A stretch of DNA of 64,000 nucleotides from Marsupella aquatica (Eukaryota; Plantae; Marchantiophyta). The translations under genes and the position numbers were made by a program. Below are positions 15,755 through 28,763 of the stretch, piece after piece (the first letter of the stretch is position 1; each line of letters starts with the position of its first letter). Under the pieces are notes generated by a model. The model did no database searches. It was not told the origin of the DNA and saw nothing but the letters and a program-made list of their open reading frames with translations. The DNA is taken from positions 4,240,944 through 4,304,943 of the forward strand of contig OZ316894.1 of the NCBI GenBank assembly GCA_973895155.1. Direction: 5' to 3'.

Positions 15755-16234
15755 TTCACGTGCACCTTTCTTTTTTTTTGCTTCGAAAAAACCAAACGAA
15801 TTCCATTCATAAGGCCAGAATACAAAACGGGGGGCCCAAAAAAGGGCACCCCCAAGGGGACCATGAGGTCGAGGTGCCGGGGCCTGTGAAGCCGGAACCA
15901 GGGAAGAAACTGAGCCTCCTACAAGGCAACCAAACAAGGGATTTGGAAACTACAACGGGAGCAGCACACTCCCAAAGACCGGCCAGTGCAAAGGGGCCGG
16001 CGGGGTCCCTTGCAGTGGATACATGATAAGGTGGGAACACTCTATCAGTCTAGCAGTAGTGCAACTTCAAAACCTACAGTGACGTATTGCTCAAGGGGGA
16101 CGTGGGGGGACTGGTTGGACTTGGAGGATATCATCATGGAGGAGCCACAGTCCATTCCATGTGCCATAATCCCGAGACATTGCGTGGTGGGCCTCGCTGA
16201 AGGTGGACTTCCCACCTTCACGTGCACCTTTCTT
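15755..16234 (-). mobile_element. 5'-truncated non-LTR (LINE-type) insertion with poly(A) tail and TSD
   Basis: 18-bp direct repeat TTCACGTGCACCTTTCTT at 15755-15772 and 16217-16234; T-run at 15771-15779 is the minus-strand poly(A). Confidence 0.7.
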
Positions 16235-16797
16235 GCCTTGGCATCAAACACCGTAATTTAAGATAGACTCTCGCACAAATCTGATGAAAGGGTTCAATAT
16301 CAGACCTGGCTGATGGAAATTCTGTAGCTGAAATTTTTCATTCAATTAATGCAACACATCCAAGGTGTTGTCTCGATAAACTACGTATTGCACTATGTGA
16401 AAAGTGACTGGGCATGTCAATTGACGATGAAGGTCACAAGATAAAATGGTCCAAAGGATCTCCATGAGCTATTTGACATACGCTGAGGCAGCAAGGCTTT
16501 GTACTGTGTTACGAAATGGTACGAGGAAATGAATGTGATCTCCAAATTTTCTTTTGTCATATGAAAGACTTGCATGCTTTAGTTTGTCGTATTGATTGCA
16601 TCGAGTCCGCCAGCAGAGTGGAAAGGAGAGTTGAGCATAATGTTCATGCCCAATGCGCTACCACATACAAAGAGGGACGCAAAGGAAGCTGTTGGATGGT
16701 TTTCAAACTCTCTTTGCACCTCTCGATGCAGTAACAAAATACCTGCTCCGCTAAACCCTTCCTTGGGGATTTCACTTTCTTTGCCGGCAAAAACACT

Positions 16798-16995
16798 GAA
16801 AATGTTGGGATTCTTGGGAAAGCCTCCAAGAAGCAAAAGACAGATTCACATTCTCGTGGGCCGAATCTTCACCGGTTTTCAGACAGAAAGTGGTTGAAAC
16901 CTTTTTCGCGATGGCAAGGACATTTAATAAGAATGTGTGGAATGTTGGGTTTCTTGGGAAAGCCTGGAATGTTGGGTTGCTTGGGAAAGCCCCCA
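16798..16995. repeat. Short repeated motif AATGTTGGG(A/T)TTCTTGGGAAAGCC, 3 copies
   Basis: Copies at about 16801, 16941 and 16968. Confidence 0.6.
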
Positions 16996-19900
16996 TTAGG
17001 CGACACACAACAGGTACAGCAATACATGGGGGAGGGGAAAACTGGGTGAGGCCAACTACTATAGCATCTAGACAGCATCATTCTACAGTCCAGGAGTACT
17101 TTCATACCTGCCTGAACTTTCACCTTGAATGTTATCGGTGGGATCGAATTGAATGTGTATTGACTCGAGTGTTGACTACGTCAAGGGTCTCGTCAACTCC
17201 AGATGTGGAGATGGTGGGTATAGTCCAGACAACACAGTCATCTCCTGACCAGGGTAGCTTTAAGGTTTGTTCGTTTTCTCAAGTGTGGCTAATGTCTCCT
17301 TGAGAGAAGGAGACTATGCTAAGATAATTCCTTATCTAATTTTCTAGATTAAATTCTGACCAAACGATCTCCTAGATATAAGTGCTATCATCGGATTCTG
17401 GTTAATGGGTCTGTGGAACTGCCAAGACAAAATATGTTTGCTAAGTTTTGCCAAAGGTGTGGAAGACTTTTCACCAATTGGATGTTGGCAAATTTTGCCC
17501 AACAACAGCAACGTCTGGTTCCAAATTGTGGTTCTAACACACTCTGGAACATTCACTAATCATGACACTCTCTGGTCATAGAGGACCGGGCTTCAACCTC
17601 CTGACCTCTCGTTACATTTTCTTGTTTTCAAAAATAATTTATTACTAATGAATAAAGCTGACATTCTTTACGTCTCGTTGTTTTGAAATATTATTTATTA
17701 AGAATGAAGAAAGCTGAGGACTTGTTTGACTTTCTCACCCACCTTCTTTACTAGCTTTCCCTCTTTTGGTTTTGAATTGGCTCAACCCACCTTCGTAAAT
17801 TGTTCTTGTGGGTTTGTTGGGGCTGCCCCCACCCAGATTTCATTCAACATGGAGGAAACCACATTCTCCCACGAGGATGTGAACATAGTAAATAATCTTT
17901 GACAGTAATTTAGAGAATCTAGAGGTATTTGTTTGATTCAACGGTCCAGATTGGGAAAAGTATTGAGGGGGTTGATTAAGCAAACTTTTTGTAAGAGGGG
18001 GTCTACTAAGCATATCTCTCAGCAAAACTATATTAGGAGAAGTCTGGTCAGTTGGTTTACAATACAGTAATGCAAGTAATATAAGGTAAGCATACCTTTG
18101 TGTAAAACATATGCGTAACTGTATAAGAAAACTGTAGGGACTATGAGTAATGTTGCTAGTTTGCTACGCTTAAAGTACATATAGCTTCCATGCCTTAACC
18201 GTGCGTCATGCTTTATTGTACAGATCCTTAAATCCTCTGTTGTCAGTTAGTACTTTCAGAACTACTTATCGTTAATAATGATTAAGCACATGTGCCCAAT
18301 AAATCATTGACTGGATGCGTGAACCCAAGTATCCTGGAATCACGGAATACCCATTCATTACCAGATTTTCGTCCTCCCTTTGTTTTGTTTTGTTTTGAGT
18401 GAGCGGACAATAGTTAGCAAAATATGGCATATATGATGTACGACACCCCTGCATACCGTGATAACCCTAGTTTTTTTTTTTCAATCAATGAATGTAACCA
18501 TATTTTGATGTGTGATTACCAACAAGGAATAATTAGTGGATCCAGGGAAGGACAGCCTCCAGTGCGAATTCTTTGATCACTGTAATGTGTACTCTTCATA
18601 ATTAAGTGCACACTCTTTGGAAGAAACGCCTTGCACTTACATGTGGCTTACAGAAGCAAACATTTTCACACTTTGCTCATATTGATGGGTAACTCGATGC
18701 TTCTTCTTGCTACTAGGGTGCCTTAATTTACAATCATTCTTGTTCCCTTGTCCCTCCAAGAATTTCCCCTGGTGTGTTCAAGTAGGATTCTGGTGCCTTT
18801 CCTAGCCCATCTATTGTAGTAAACCCTTGTCAACTATGTCCTAATCAAAGAACCTAATCTCCTAAAAATGGTATGTGCTTATCCATAGGAGTTCATGTAA
18901 GATTTTGTGCTCTTACCCATAAGTGCATGTACCCTTAGAGAGGGGGTTTTGCAAATACATATTCATCGTCTGGAAGCATTCTTTGCACTTATACAAAGCA
19001 AATTGGTCGAAATAAATGAAAGAACCGGATGCCTTTGCAATTAGGCAGGTTTGCGCTCACGGAGTGTGCACTTAGTAAGAACACTAGTATTCTGCTGTAA
19101 GTTTATTCCTTCAGTCATGTGACTCATGTCGTTAGGAGAGTAGTTTTATTTTATCACACTGTTACAAAAACAAAGAATTAAACTGTGTTCATTAATGCTG
19201 GTAGGTGTGTCCCGTGGGCTGCATTAAGGACGACTGCCCCCCTAGGCCCCTAGTCGACACCAGATGCATGGCTCCGTGACCGTTGAGCATTTAATACACT
19301 CACAACTCTAAGAGTATTTTATATTTATTAATTTTAAGTAAAAGTAGAGTACAACTTTTATAATGAGTTGATCCAGACATTGACTTTGCCCCTCCAGTAA
19401 TGCCTTGAAAATTACAACGAAAAACATCACTAAGGGCATAAGTAAGTCAGCTTTGTTGTTGCTCATGGCGTCCAGTCATTCCATGCTGCCTATTATGCCT
19501 TTGTGCACAAAAGGTGAAAACAATTAGTATTTATTCTTCACATTTCCAAATTATGCCACCTTTGATGGGTGGATCCATACAAGTGCAGTTTTCTTGACAT
19601 TAGTTATCCCAGCAAGTGGAGCCCATGGTACAAACTCCATTCATTTGTGATAAGTAAGGTTCAAGCTTCATAAGTTGAGAAACCCCCATCACAAATTGAA
19701 TTCACCAAACCCCTGGAACTCTTAGAAAAATTGGAGGTCACTCTTTTATGTCCTAAATGGAAATAAATAGGCTGGCAGCATCTAAGACCTGGGACAGTAA
19801 TAAATGACTTTCACAGGAACAGTCCACCTGAAAGAAATTTCAGGTGCCAATTGTAGGCCTGGATCATATAGGCTAGCCCACACAAAGAGGCAGGTTGCAC

Positions 19901-20940
19901 CAGTGGCCAGCTGGGCGACAGCCTAGAAAACTTGATATTGTACACACACAACTCCATAGAAAGCACCTTGAATAGCTTGGGTTGAACTATTGTGGCTGAC
20001 TCTTCCCTTTATGTGGGGTTTCACAGATTTACTCTTAAATTGTTTTTTTTTAAGCACCTTGAAATAGGGGAGTTGAGACAGGAGTCCGCTGTGAAAATGG
20101 CATTGCCAGCCGGCCATCCAAAAAATGAGAGCCACCATGCCTCTCTATGTCGCCAAAGTCAAGAGCCAACCCCCCACCAAGTTTCCTCTCTGGGTGAGCA
20201 GTTGTGGATTTCAGTAGTGGCAGGCAAATGCCCGCCGTCCAATCCATTTGAATGTTTGGATTGTGCCTGCAATGGCATGAGGTCGGGATCAATGATGCTG
20301 GACTTTCTGTGGTCCCGTGCTGCCCGAAGGACTCAGTGGAAGATGTCTCGGGTAATCTGGGGTGACTAATCTGTGGAAGTGCATTAACGGCACTGTTAGA
20401 CTGCCAGCACCTATTATCCGTTGGTTGCTGTCCAAGCCATGGGCACATGATATAAATATGAATACTAATAATGAGACTATTATTTGTCCAACTGGCTATG
20501 GGTATTGTGATAGACCATCTGGGCAGGGAAGGGGAGGTGTTGTGTTTGGAATCCTGGAGGCGCATCCCTTGTCATTTCACATAAACCCCCGCATAAACCT
20601 CACCCAAAAGTGTGGTTTAGACAAAGCTTGTGACTCATAGAAAAAATGACATAGTTGCAGTTGTGTGTATGGGCAGCAAAGAGTGCACTTCTAGGGATCT
20701 GACATCCTGAATATAGAATATGGGTGAGTGTTAAACATTTACTCTTAGGTCTAGGGTTACAGGTGTAGCCATAGTTAGGGCTAACCTTAGTCACAAACTT
20801 GGTTAGGTTAGTCATGTGCACACTATATCCAAAACGGTGTTTGCTTGGATAGGAGGAACTCATGCTCATTTTTACGGAGCCAATTGAGAGATAGGGACTG
20901 CCATCCCGTGGATGTATAGGATAATCAGGCTTTAGTCGCC

Positions 20941-21045
20941 TGTTACCAGGGAGTAACGGGGCGACCAAGTTACGACCGACCCGCGACCAGCGGAAACCGG
21001 GAGCGTTCGGGAGTAACTCGTGAGCCCCGGTTAATCCCGGTAACA
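20941..21045. other. Imperfect ~105-bp inverted repeat (hairpin)
   Basis: TGTTACCAGGGAGTAACGGGGCGACCAAGTTAC pairs imperfectly with GTAACTCGTGAGCCCCGGTTAATCCCGGTAACA. Confidence 0.7.
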
Positions 21046-21741
21046 CGGGTGCTAAATCCTGATTAACGTGCGTAATCAGGTTTTAGTCTGCAGTTTACCG
21101 GCAATCACCAGTGCAGCCAATGGGAGCGGCGCATCAAACGTAAATACAATGCAAAGCTGATGAAGGTGCTCATTCGACGGATTGCACTTGCGGGGGAGGG
21201 CACTAGAGCTACTGAGCTTTGCTCTGATCACGTGTTGTTGATGGCGTTGATCCTCTGTGATCTTTAATTTTTTGTTGCTATGGGATGCTGCCATTCAAAT
21301 CAATTGGATTTCTGATGAAGACGCTTATTCGACGGATTCAACTTTTGCTTTCTTGGGAGGGCGCGGGAGCTACTGATTTCTGCTCTGATTTTTGTTGATG
21401 GCGTTAATGTTGAGCTGTGATTCTTTGCTGTGGGATGCTGTCATTCAAACCGATTCAATGGCGCGGTTGTGTTTTCTTTATTTTGAAATTTCTTATCCAG
21501 GGATTAGTTTGCACGCAAGTGGACAGGCGCTGCTCATTGATCCTCTGTGTGTGACAGGATTTCAAACGGACGAGCGGGGAAATCAGCAGGGACAACTTAC
21601 GTTGCGTTCAAGATGGACAGGTCCTTTATACATGCGGAATGTTCCTTGCATTTCGGTTTAGAGGTCTTTGCTATGACGGACCTTGATAGTTTATATCCGC
21701 TGACCTCATTTTCAATAATCACTGCGTCTTTGCAAGTCGAG

Positions 21742-23535
21742 ATGACAGAATGCCAAGGGGCTGTAATTGGAGTGAGTCCCAAAGATGGAGAGGAAGACGA
21801 GAATGACTTTTTATTTTTTGATGAAATTGAGGACCTTCAGCTGCCTAGTCTAGAAAGTCTTGTTGATGATTCGTCTGTATGCAATACTCTTAGTAATTTT
21901 CCTCATGCTGAGAGCGAGGACGATGCTCTTGTTGCTTGTGAAGTTCCTGGTAGTCATCCTGTTCATGTGGCCATAGATAATGTCGGACCTCAGGGGGAAG
22001 TGTCATCTTTGGAAGTTACCATACCAGGCTTAAGGGCGGTTCCAGATAAGACGCTTCATGATGCTGGTAAAGGTGAGGAGAGGCAAGCTTCAGAACGTAA
22101 CGATCAGTGGGCTCTGAAACGAGCAAACTCTCTTCGGGCAGCTAAGGGGTGGGATATGTCTGTATCCCTCGGCGACCTATCATTGCAACTCCTGGATGAG
22201 CTATTCAGCGATTTGTTCAGTAGGGTAGTGAAAGTGAATGGCCAAGATTACCCGGGAGATTACCCCAGTGCTACCTTGATGAACATGTGCAATGGATTCA
22301 ACCGGTTAATCAAACGGTCAAGTGAACTTAGATCTCTTAGAGGGGAAGGGAATCTAATCAACACAACAGCATTTAACATTAAAACACATGTTGCCTTTTC
22401 AAAGACACGTATGGTCTTGCGGGCTGCTATCAAGAAAGCTTCTCGAGAAGGCAAAAATAAGAAACGGAAGAAGGTGTGTACAATGTTATTTCTGTGGCTT
22501 TTGTGTTTCTTTGTGTTTGAATTTATTAGTGTTCAAGATTGACGTTATTCATTGTTTGTTTATGTAATGCAGGTGGAGACCATTACGGAGGAGATGGAGC
22601 AAGCAATAGTAGCCGACATTGATCACCAGATTAGTAGTGCACATGGCTGCCAGAAATGTCTGGCATTTTACTTCTTGCGTCGTCTAGGGATCCAGGGTGG
22701 TAAAGAGCTCTGGCTCTTGCAGAGGAATGACATACGCGTGGAGAGTACAAAAGAGGGGAAAGAATACGTGCGGTAATGGCCCCTGTAAATTTCTGTATTT
22801 GTTCCACCCATGTTTCCGTCATATGGCTGAAATAATGTCCTCAACCCTTGTCGCAGCTGTAGACGGGGGACCTGCGTAATCTTTCAACAATAGTCAGTAA
22901 TTGCTAATCTTTTGAGAGTTTTTTTTATTTACAGATTTGAAGAAAGAGAATCGAAGAATAATAGTATGACATTGGACCGATATTCAGAACACCAATTTTG
23001 TAACGCTTTCCACAGCTTCAAGGCTGATCTCATTCTTTGCGTGAAACAGTATCTACGTCATATGGCTCCAGCCTAGGAATGCAAGAAGCAGGATCTTTTC
23101 ATGCAACCTATTACTAACCCTGTAGGGAACGTCTGGTATAATAAATGCCACAAAGTAGCACAAGATCGCACAGGGCATATGCTCAATAACATGTTACAGC
23201 TGGTAGGGCTTCCTAAAGATTTGTTTACTAATAAGAGTGGTCGGGCGACTCTGATTACGCGTATGGCAGCAAAAGGCGTTCCTGACGAAGTTGGCATGCT
23301 TGTGACCGGGCACCACACGACTAGTGGATACTTGAGATATGATAGGACCCAAGATCTTAAGCAGGACGCTGCAACCTTAGTGGGATGTAACTCTAACTTG
23401 AGTTACGAGAAAGCTCTGACGGAGGTTTCTAAGCAGTTCTACAGTGAGAAGGTGGCAGGGAGTGGTGTAGCATTGAACCCTCTCATTGATAGAGTCAGTG
23501 TACAGCGTAACCTTCAAGTAGCGATCAGTCCATAA
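21742..23535 (+). pseudogene. Crypton/DUF3504-like tyrosine recombinase, intron-containing, disabled
   Basis: Motifs KVNGQDYP..SATL, LAFYFLRRLGIQGGKE, EYVRFEERESKNN, YLRH..LFMQP....VWY, FTNKSGRAT.ITRM...GVP......TGH..SGY.RYDR. Introns at about 22474-22572 and 22773-22935; in-frame TAG at about 23074; expected box-I Arg is Gln. Confidence 0.75.
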
Positions 23536-24034
23536 TTGACTAAGGTATGTACTTGTGCATAATGTTTCAGTCATTTATGTTTGTTGATTTGTGATTTGTT
23601 TGTTGATTTGTTTTATGTGCACACTCTGATTACAGGATACGGGCCAATCTTCAAAATCAGATGAGGATGTGGAGATCAAGATCAAAGTTCAAGTTAGTAC
23701 TATGTACATGTCTTCTCTGGTTTTTCATTGCCGCTTTTTACGTGAAATCTTGTTTTCAGATGATATAAATTTAACATACGTAAGTTGTTTTTTCTTGCAG
23801 AAATCTAAGAGCGTATCAAATGATGGGACTATCATGACAGACGAGCAGAATAAACGTGTTATTGAGTGGAATAGGACGTTTGATGAAGTCGACTATGTTG
23901 GGGAATTGACTCGGGGGGGTCACTATATGAAGGGTCATACATCACGTGCGACGGTTTGGGTCATTTATGACCCCCCTAAGTCACTTTCTAGAAAGTTGTA
24001 CGACACTAGTCATGTGATGACACTTATGCATTTT

Positions 24035-25085
24035 GCAATTAAACAACCCTATTTTTCCATAGAAGACTTAATAAGTCTTCCGCCAAAGCCATTTAAATGG
24101 CCCTATACTTCGTCGCACATGATATGCCACTTCCATGGAAGTGACACCCCCCGAGGGAATTGAGCAAGAATCTGACTCTAGCTGGTTATTTTGCAGCCCA
24201 GTCTAAGGCAAAGAGTGTATCGGTGGGGAACAGTTTATGTGGAAACTATAACAATTGCACGATCAATTTCATAGTGAAAAAGGATGACGATGCTTAGAAG
24301 TAGAATAGTAGCAGACCACGTAGTCAATTTTTTAGGATAGTAGAGATTAGACTAAAGTCATGTGCATTTCACTAGCTGAATCGAACCTTCAGCTGAACAA
24401 TATGTCGGATGTACTGTTTTTTCGGGTGTAACATTTTCATGGGTTCACATGCCCCGCTCATTTCAAGAAATTGGCATTTTACATAATGAAGCTTCTCTCT
24501 TCTATGAATTTTGAATGGAGTCATGGATGTCGGGCATGGATCTCTCTCATGCAGTTGCTATGCTATTGTCAGCCAGTTGTGTTGAACTATGCAAACAAGA
24601 AAATTAAAAACAGAGAATTGCATCAATTGGCTGCTGGAGATGAATGTTGTCGGTAGATCACGTAGTTTACCGTTGCTGGATTATATGTCACCGTATCTAG
24701 ATTACAAGTTACCGTCAAGTGATTACAATCTACCGTCCCTAAATTACGGCTTACCGTTGATCTCATCCCCAGATTACAGCTTACCGTTGGTCCCACAAAC
24801 AGATTACAATGTGACCGTCAATTTGGGGCAAAGATTACGGGAAATAACATATTCCACAGAAAATTGGATACACAAGTAAACTAAAGACTAAACCATGTTT
24901 ACGTAGTCTAATCACACATCTCTCTATTTTGACTACTTGTGTGCTGAATGGTCAGTCAGGGGTTTCACTTCCATAAAATTGACATATCACGTGCGACGAA
25001 GTATAGGGTCATTTTATTGGTTCGAAGGGAAGACTAAAGAATTTTCTGAGAAGAACAATAGGGTCTTTTAAATCCAATTTTGAGA
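24035..25085. mobile_element. Non-coding element with long (~110 bp) imperfect terminal inverted repeats (MITE/foldback-like)
   Basis: CCCTATACTTCGTCGCACATGATATG..ATGGAAGTGA.ACCCC at about 24100-24150 is the reverse complement of about 24958-25010, and the similarity extends outward. A related copy is at about 5300-5425. Exact ends are not resolved. Confidence 0.65.
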
Positions 25086-28000
25086 CTATTCCAACTTTAT
25101 AACCAAATTTTGAGAATATTCCAACTTTATAGGGGTTGAGAAAAAATATATTTTCTTACATTTTAGGGGTCCGAGGCCTAAAAACATCACAGGTGATGGG
25201 GAGACATTCATATAGTGAGACCTCCCATAATGATCATGGGCTTGTTGTTGTGAATGTCACCTTTGCTCAACATTGAAGAGCCCATCACCAGTTCTGTCCC
25301 TAAGGCCCAGCTGCCAAAAGGATTCAATTCGGCAATCTACATAAAGCCATTACAGGTGAATGGAGGCCATGGGTGAGAATGTGCAGGGAAACCCATGATT
25401 GGCCCCAAAGGGATTATGGAGTGTAATTCCCAAGGGCTATGAGCCAGAAGTGTTTAGAGTCATGGTCGCTCAAATACAAGATCTCATAACCCCGGGGCCA
25501 AGTTGGTAAGGGGTAATTGGCTCATAATAATCATCCATAAAAATTCAAAGAAAAAACATACAAGAGGTGCTTACTCTCATAGAAAAGGTGCATGTCGTGT
25601 AGATGTGAGGCAGGTCCTTACACACCCATTGAGGTCTGCTCTTTAGTGGCAAAAATTTGCCAAATTCCACCTCCCCAAAACCTTTCGCCATTTTCTGGCA
25701 AAAATTTACTAGTATTTTTTCTGTCTCATTAGCCTGTGTTTCATCTAGTCACAGGTCCCATGAGCCAGAATCTAACAGTTATCCTTAAATGAATCTAACA
25801 GTTATCCTTAAATCTAGATAGATCTGACGGTCAGAAAATAATGAGATCACTATTATATTGAGTATTTTCTCCATTCGCCACTCTGGCAAAAAAATAAACC
25901 TTCGGTGGGCGCCCGAGAATCTTCAGAAGTTTTCACCGAAAAGGTCAGAAGCTTAGAATGGCATGAGCAGGGCAGGGCAGCCGGGAAGTCCCGGGCAGCG
26001 CGACATGTAAACCGCACGTTGTCGTGACGTACATAATATTTTGAATGGGATCTTTCTTCAACAGGTCGAGATCGACGGTAGGAATCAATTGAAAGCCCGT
26101 TTGTTGACATATCCACCGTCAATATTAAGACAGTCTACCGGATGGCATAATGATCTGCCCCCACCCAAATGAATCCCCGTGTCGCAATCTGCCCGTCGTT
26201 GACAAAAAGACGACCATTAACATTTGTTCCCTGACAGGTCATTATCCCGTACCACGTCACAATCCTGCAGTAAGTACGGTGCTTTAGTCATGTAACTTAA
26301 TTATCTGCGTTAGCTTTTCAACCGCCCTAAACGTACACACCACTTATTATTGAACTGAGCGGTTCAGAGCACAATTAACCCCTCGAAGAGCATTTATTTC
26401 ACTTTTGTCACACTCGTGTCCAGCCTGCCAACCTGCCCGACCATTCCAGAAAAAGACTTGATGGGCCCCTCCACGGAAAATAAACCCCCTTATTATTTTT
26501 GAAAGTAACTCCATGGGGCCCAGTACCTCTGGCCCTTACACATCCCCTCTACCCATGGTGTCCCTGCAACCCTGGTATCCCTAACAGCCTATATTTTTTC
26601 CCCATAGTGCAACCCTAGTGACCTTACCGGCCTACTTTTTTTCCCATAGAGAAGCATCAGATTCTGGCAAGCGTTTGCTAAGTTTTCCCAAGAGTGGCTA
26701 ACATGGAATTTGGCATAATTTTGCACTTATAAAGTACATTCCATGTTGCTGCATGTGTCTTGACATCCTAGTGGCTTTTGTAAGTCTTGCAGAAGGAGGG
26801 CAGAGGCTGACAGGAAATTTAGGGATTGCACTAAAGCATCTCAAGGTAGCCTTTCCCAATGGGTTATGGGTAGGGTGCCAGTAATGTGTACCGTCGAAAA
26901 TTTGTCTGCCCAATTGTGTTAAGACCTAGTTTTGTGCAACTTGGAACCAAAATTTTCTAGAAAAGTTTAGAAGTTTACTGTTTAGGCATAAACATGCAAC
27001 CTCGTTGCACATATGTTCAATTCCACTGCCCCCTTTGCTATCACTCTATCGTAGTTCTGAGCCATGCATGCTAACTCATGATTTGGACTTTGTTTGATTA
27101 ACCAAGGTCAATTTAGGAAAACAATCAAAACTTGTTAAGGACCAATTTCACCACTGAAATTTTCATATAATGAAAATTCTTAGTGCCCGACTTTTCTCTC
27201 GCTTTTGATACATATATGAGTCATCTCTAGTTAAGGCAGTTTCGGGATAGGGATGGGATATATTATATGAGACCACTATGGTACAGCAGTACAACCATTG
27301 ACAGGCTAACTTCCAGTTGTAGGTGAGTATGGTAAGCAACCGGTGCCAGACGGTGAGAAAATGATTGACTCTCATTACACACGTCACACCCCACAGCGTT
27401 ACAGTGGTACCCTGTACGTAGTAATGCAGTGGTCTCCAAGTACGGTTGGGCCTTACGGTAACCTGACCACCAAGCGGTGTCACATTTTGGTGTCAGTTAG
27501 TCAACCCTGGTCAGGTCTGCTGTCGGTTGTGGACTGGTGGCCCCTGTGGCCAGTGTGGCGGTGTGGACTCTGGGCTGGGCTGTGGTTCGGATCCAACTGT
27601 GTCCTCTGGACACTAAGTCTGTGAGTCAACCTCAGTCGTGTAACTTTGGCTCTTGACAGTAAAGGACATGGATTCGTTTGTGTGAGCGTCGGCCCCTGAC
27701 ACTGTATGACTTGCTTTGACCTCACCTGACTCTGCTCTGAGCGCCTCGGATGGTACTATGGTAGATGTATGAATGTATGTACCATAGTGAGGTGTGAAAC
27801 CGTGCTTTAAATACTTAATGTTAATTTTTATGTGCTCACAAAATTATATAGGTCAAAAAATGTGTTTTCTGGTGACAAGAACGGAAACATATTCTATAGA
27901 TTCCAGTCAGCTATGGCCTCGCTTAGGCCTTTGAAATGACATTTCTAACCACTATTGCAAATAATGATTATGAGTTATTCTCTCCATCCAAGCCTTTGAA

Positions 28001-28532
28001 CTAGACTCCCTGAACTTTCCATCCAAGCCAAAATACACATTTTATAGAATCCAATGATCTTAGAATATCTATCTGAGAAAATTCTAATTATTTTCTCAAA
28101 AACTCTCACGACAAAGTAGACACCACACCTCAAATTCCACAACATAAAACCTCCTCGATGTGGTTTTAAAAATGGGCATTCCACGTGTAGGATTGTCCAT
28201 GCCATTGAGAGAAAAAAGTGCAACCTCAGTTCTCTACAGTGAACGTTGCCATAATAACAAGTATGGACAGCGCAGATTCAATCTCAGAGCCCAAAGCCCC
28301 CTCACGTGAAGCAGCCAGACATGTTTCCAAATCGCACAATCATAAGGCTGCAAATAGAAAAGGGGGTTAGAGGAAAAGGTGGGACTATAGAATACAGAGG
28401 CCGTTGGCAAAATAATGACTTCGTGCATGAGAGAGAAAGCACGTCGGTGGTTGCTAAATTCGACAGACTGAGACGCAGTGTATTAAGAGCGATGATCATC
28501 GTGGGAGCTCGCTGCTGTGGTTGCTGAGCTCC

Positions 28533-28763
28533 GGAAATTCACGTCAGACGAATCTGTAAGTCAATCTGTCAGTTACATTGCATTGCAATGCCACCACCAT
28601 GGCTGAAGCAGCTCAGCCAGCAGTACTCAGTAAGCTGCTTTGGAAATTCATGTCAGACTAATGTGTAAGTCAATCTGTCAGTTACATTGCATTGCAGTAC
28701 CAACACTATGTTGAATTGAAGCTCAGCTCAGCTCAGCTCAGCCAGCAGTACTCAGTAAGCTGC
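28533..28763. repeat. ~110-bp tandem duplication upstream of the ABCG gene
   Basis: GGAAATTCA(C/T)GTCAGAC..TGTAAGTCAATCTGTCAGTTACATTGCATTGCA..GCTCAGCCAGCAGTACTCAGTAAGCTGC occurs twice. Confidence 0.8.

Noticed and set aside
17000-17570. Second LINE 3' remnant
   Set aside because: Only a vague resemblance; no TSD, poly(A) or diagnostic motif was found.
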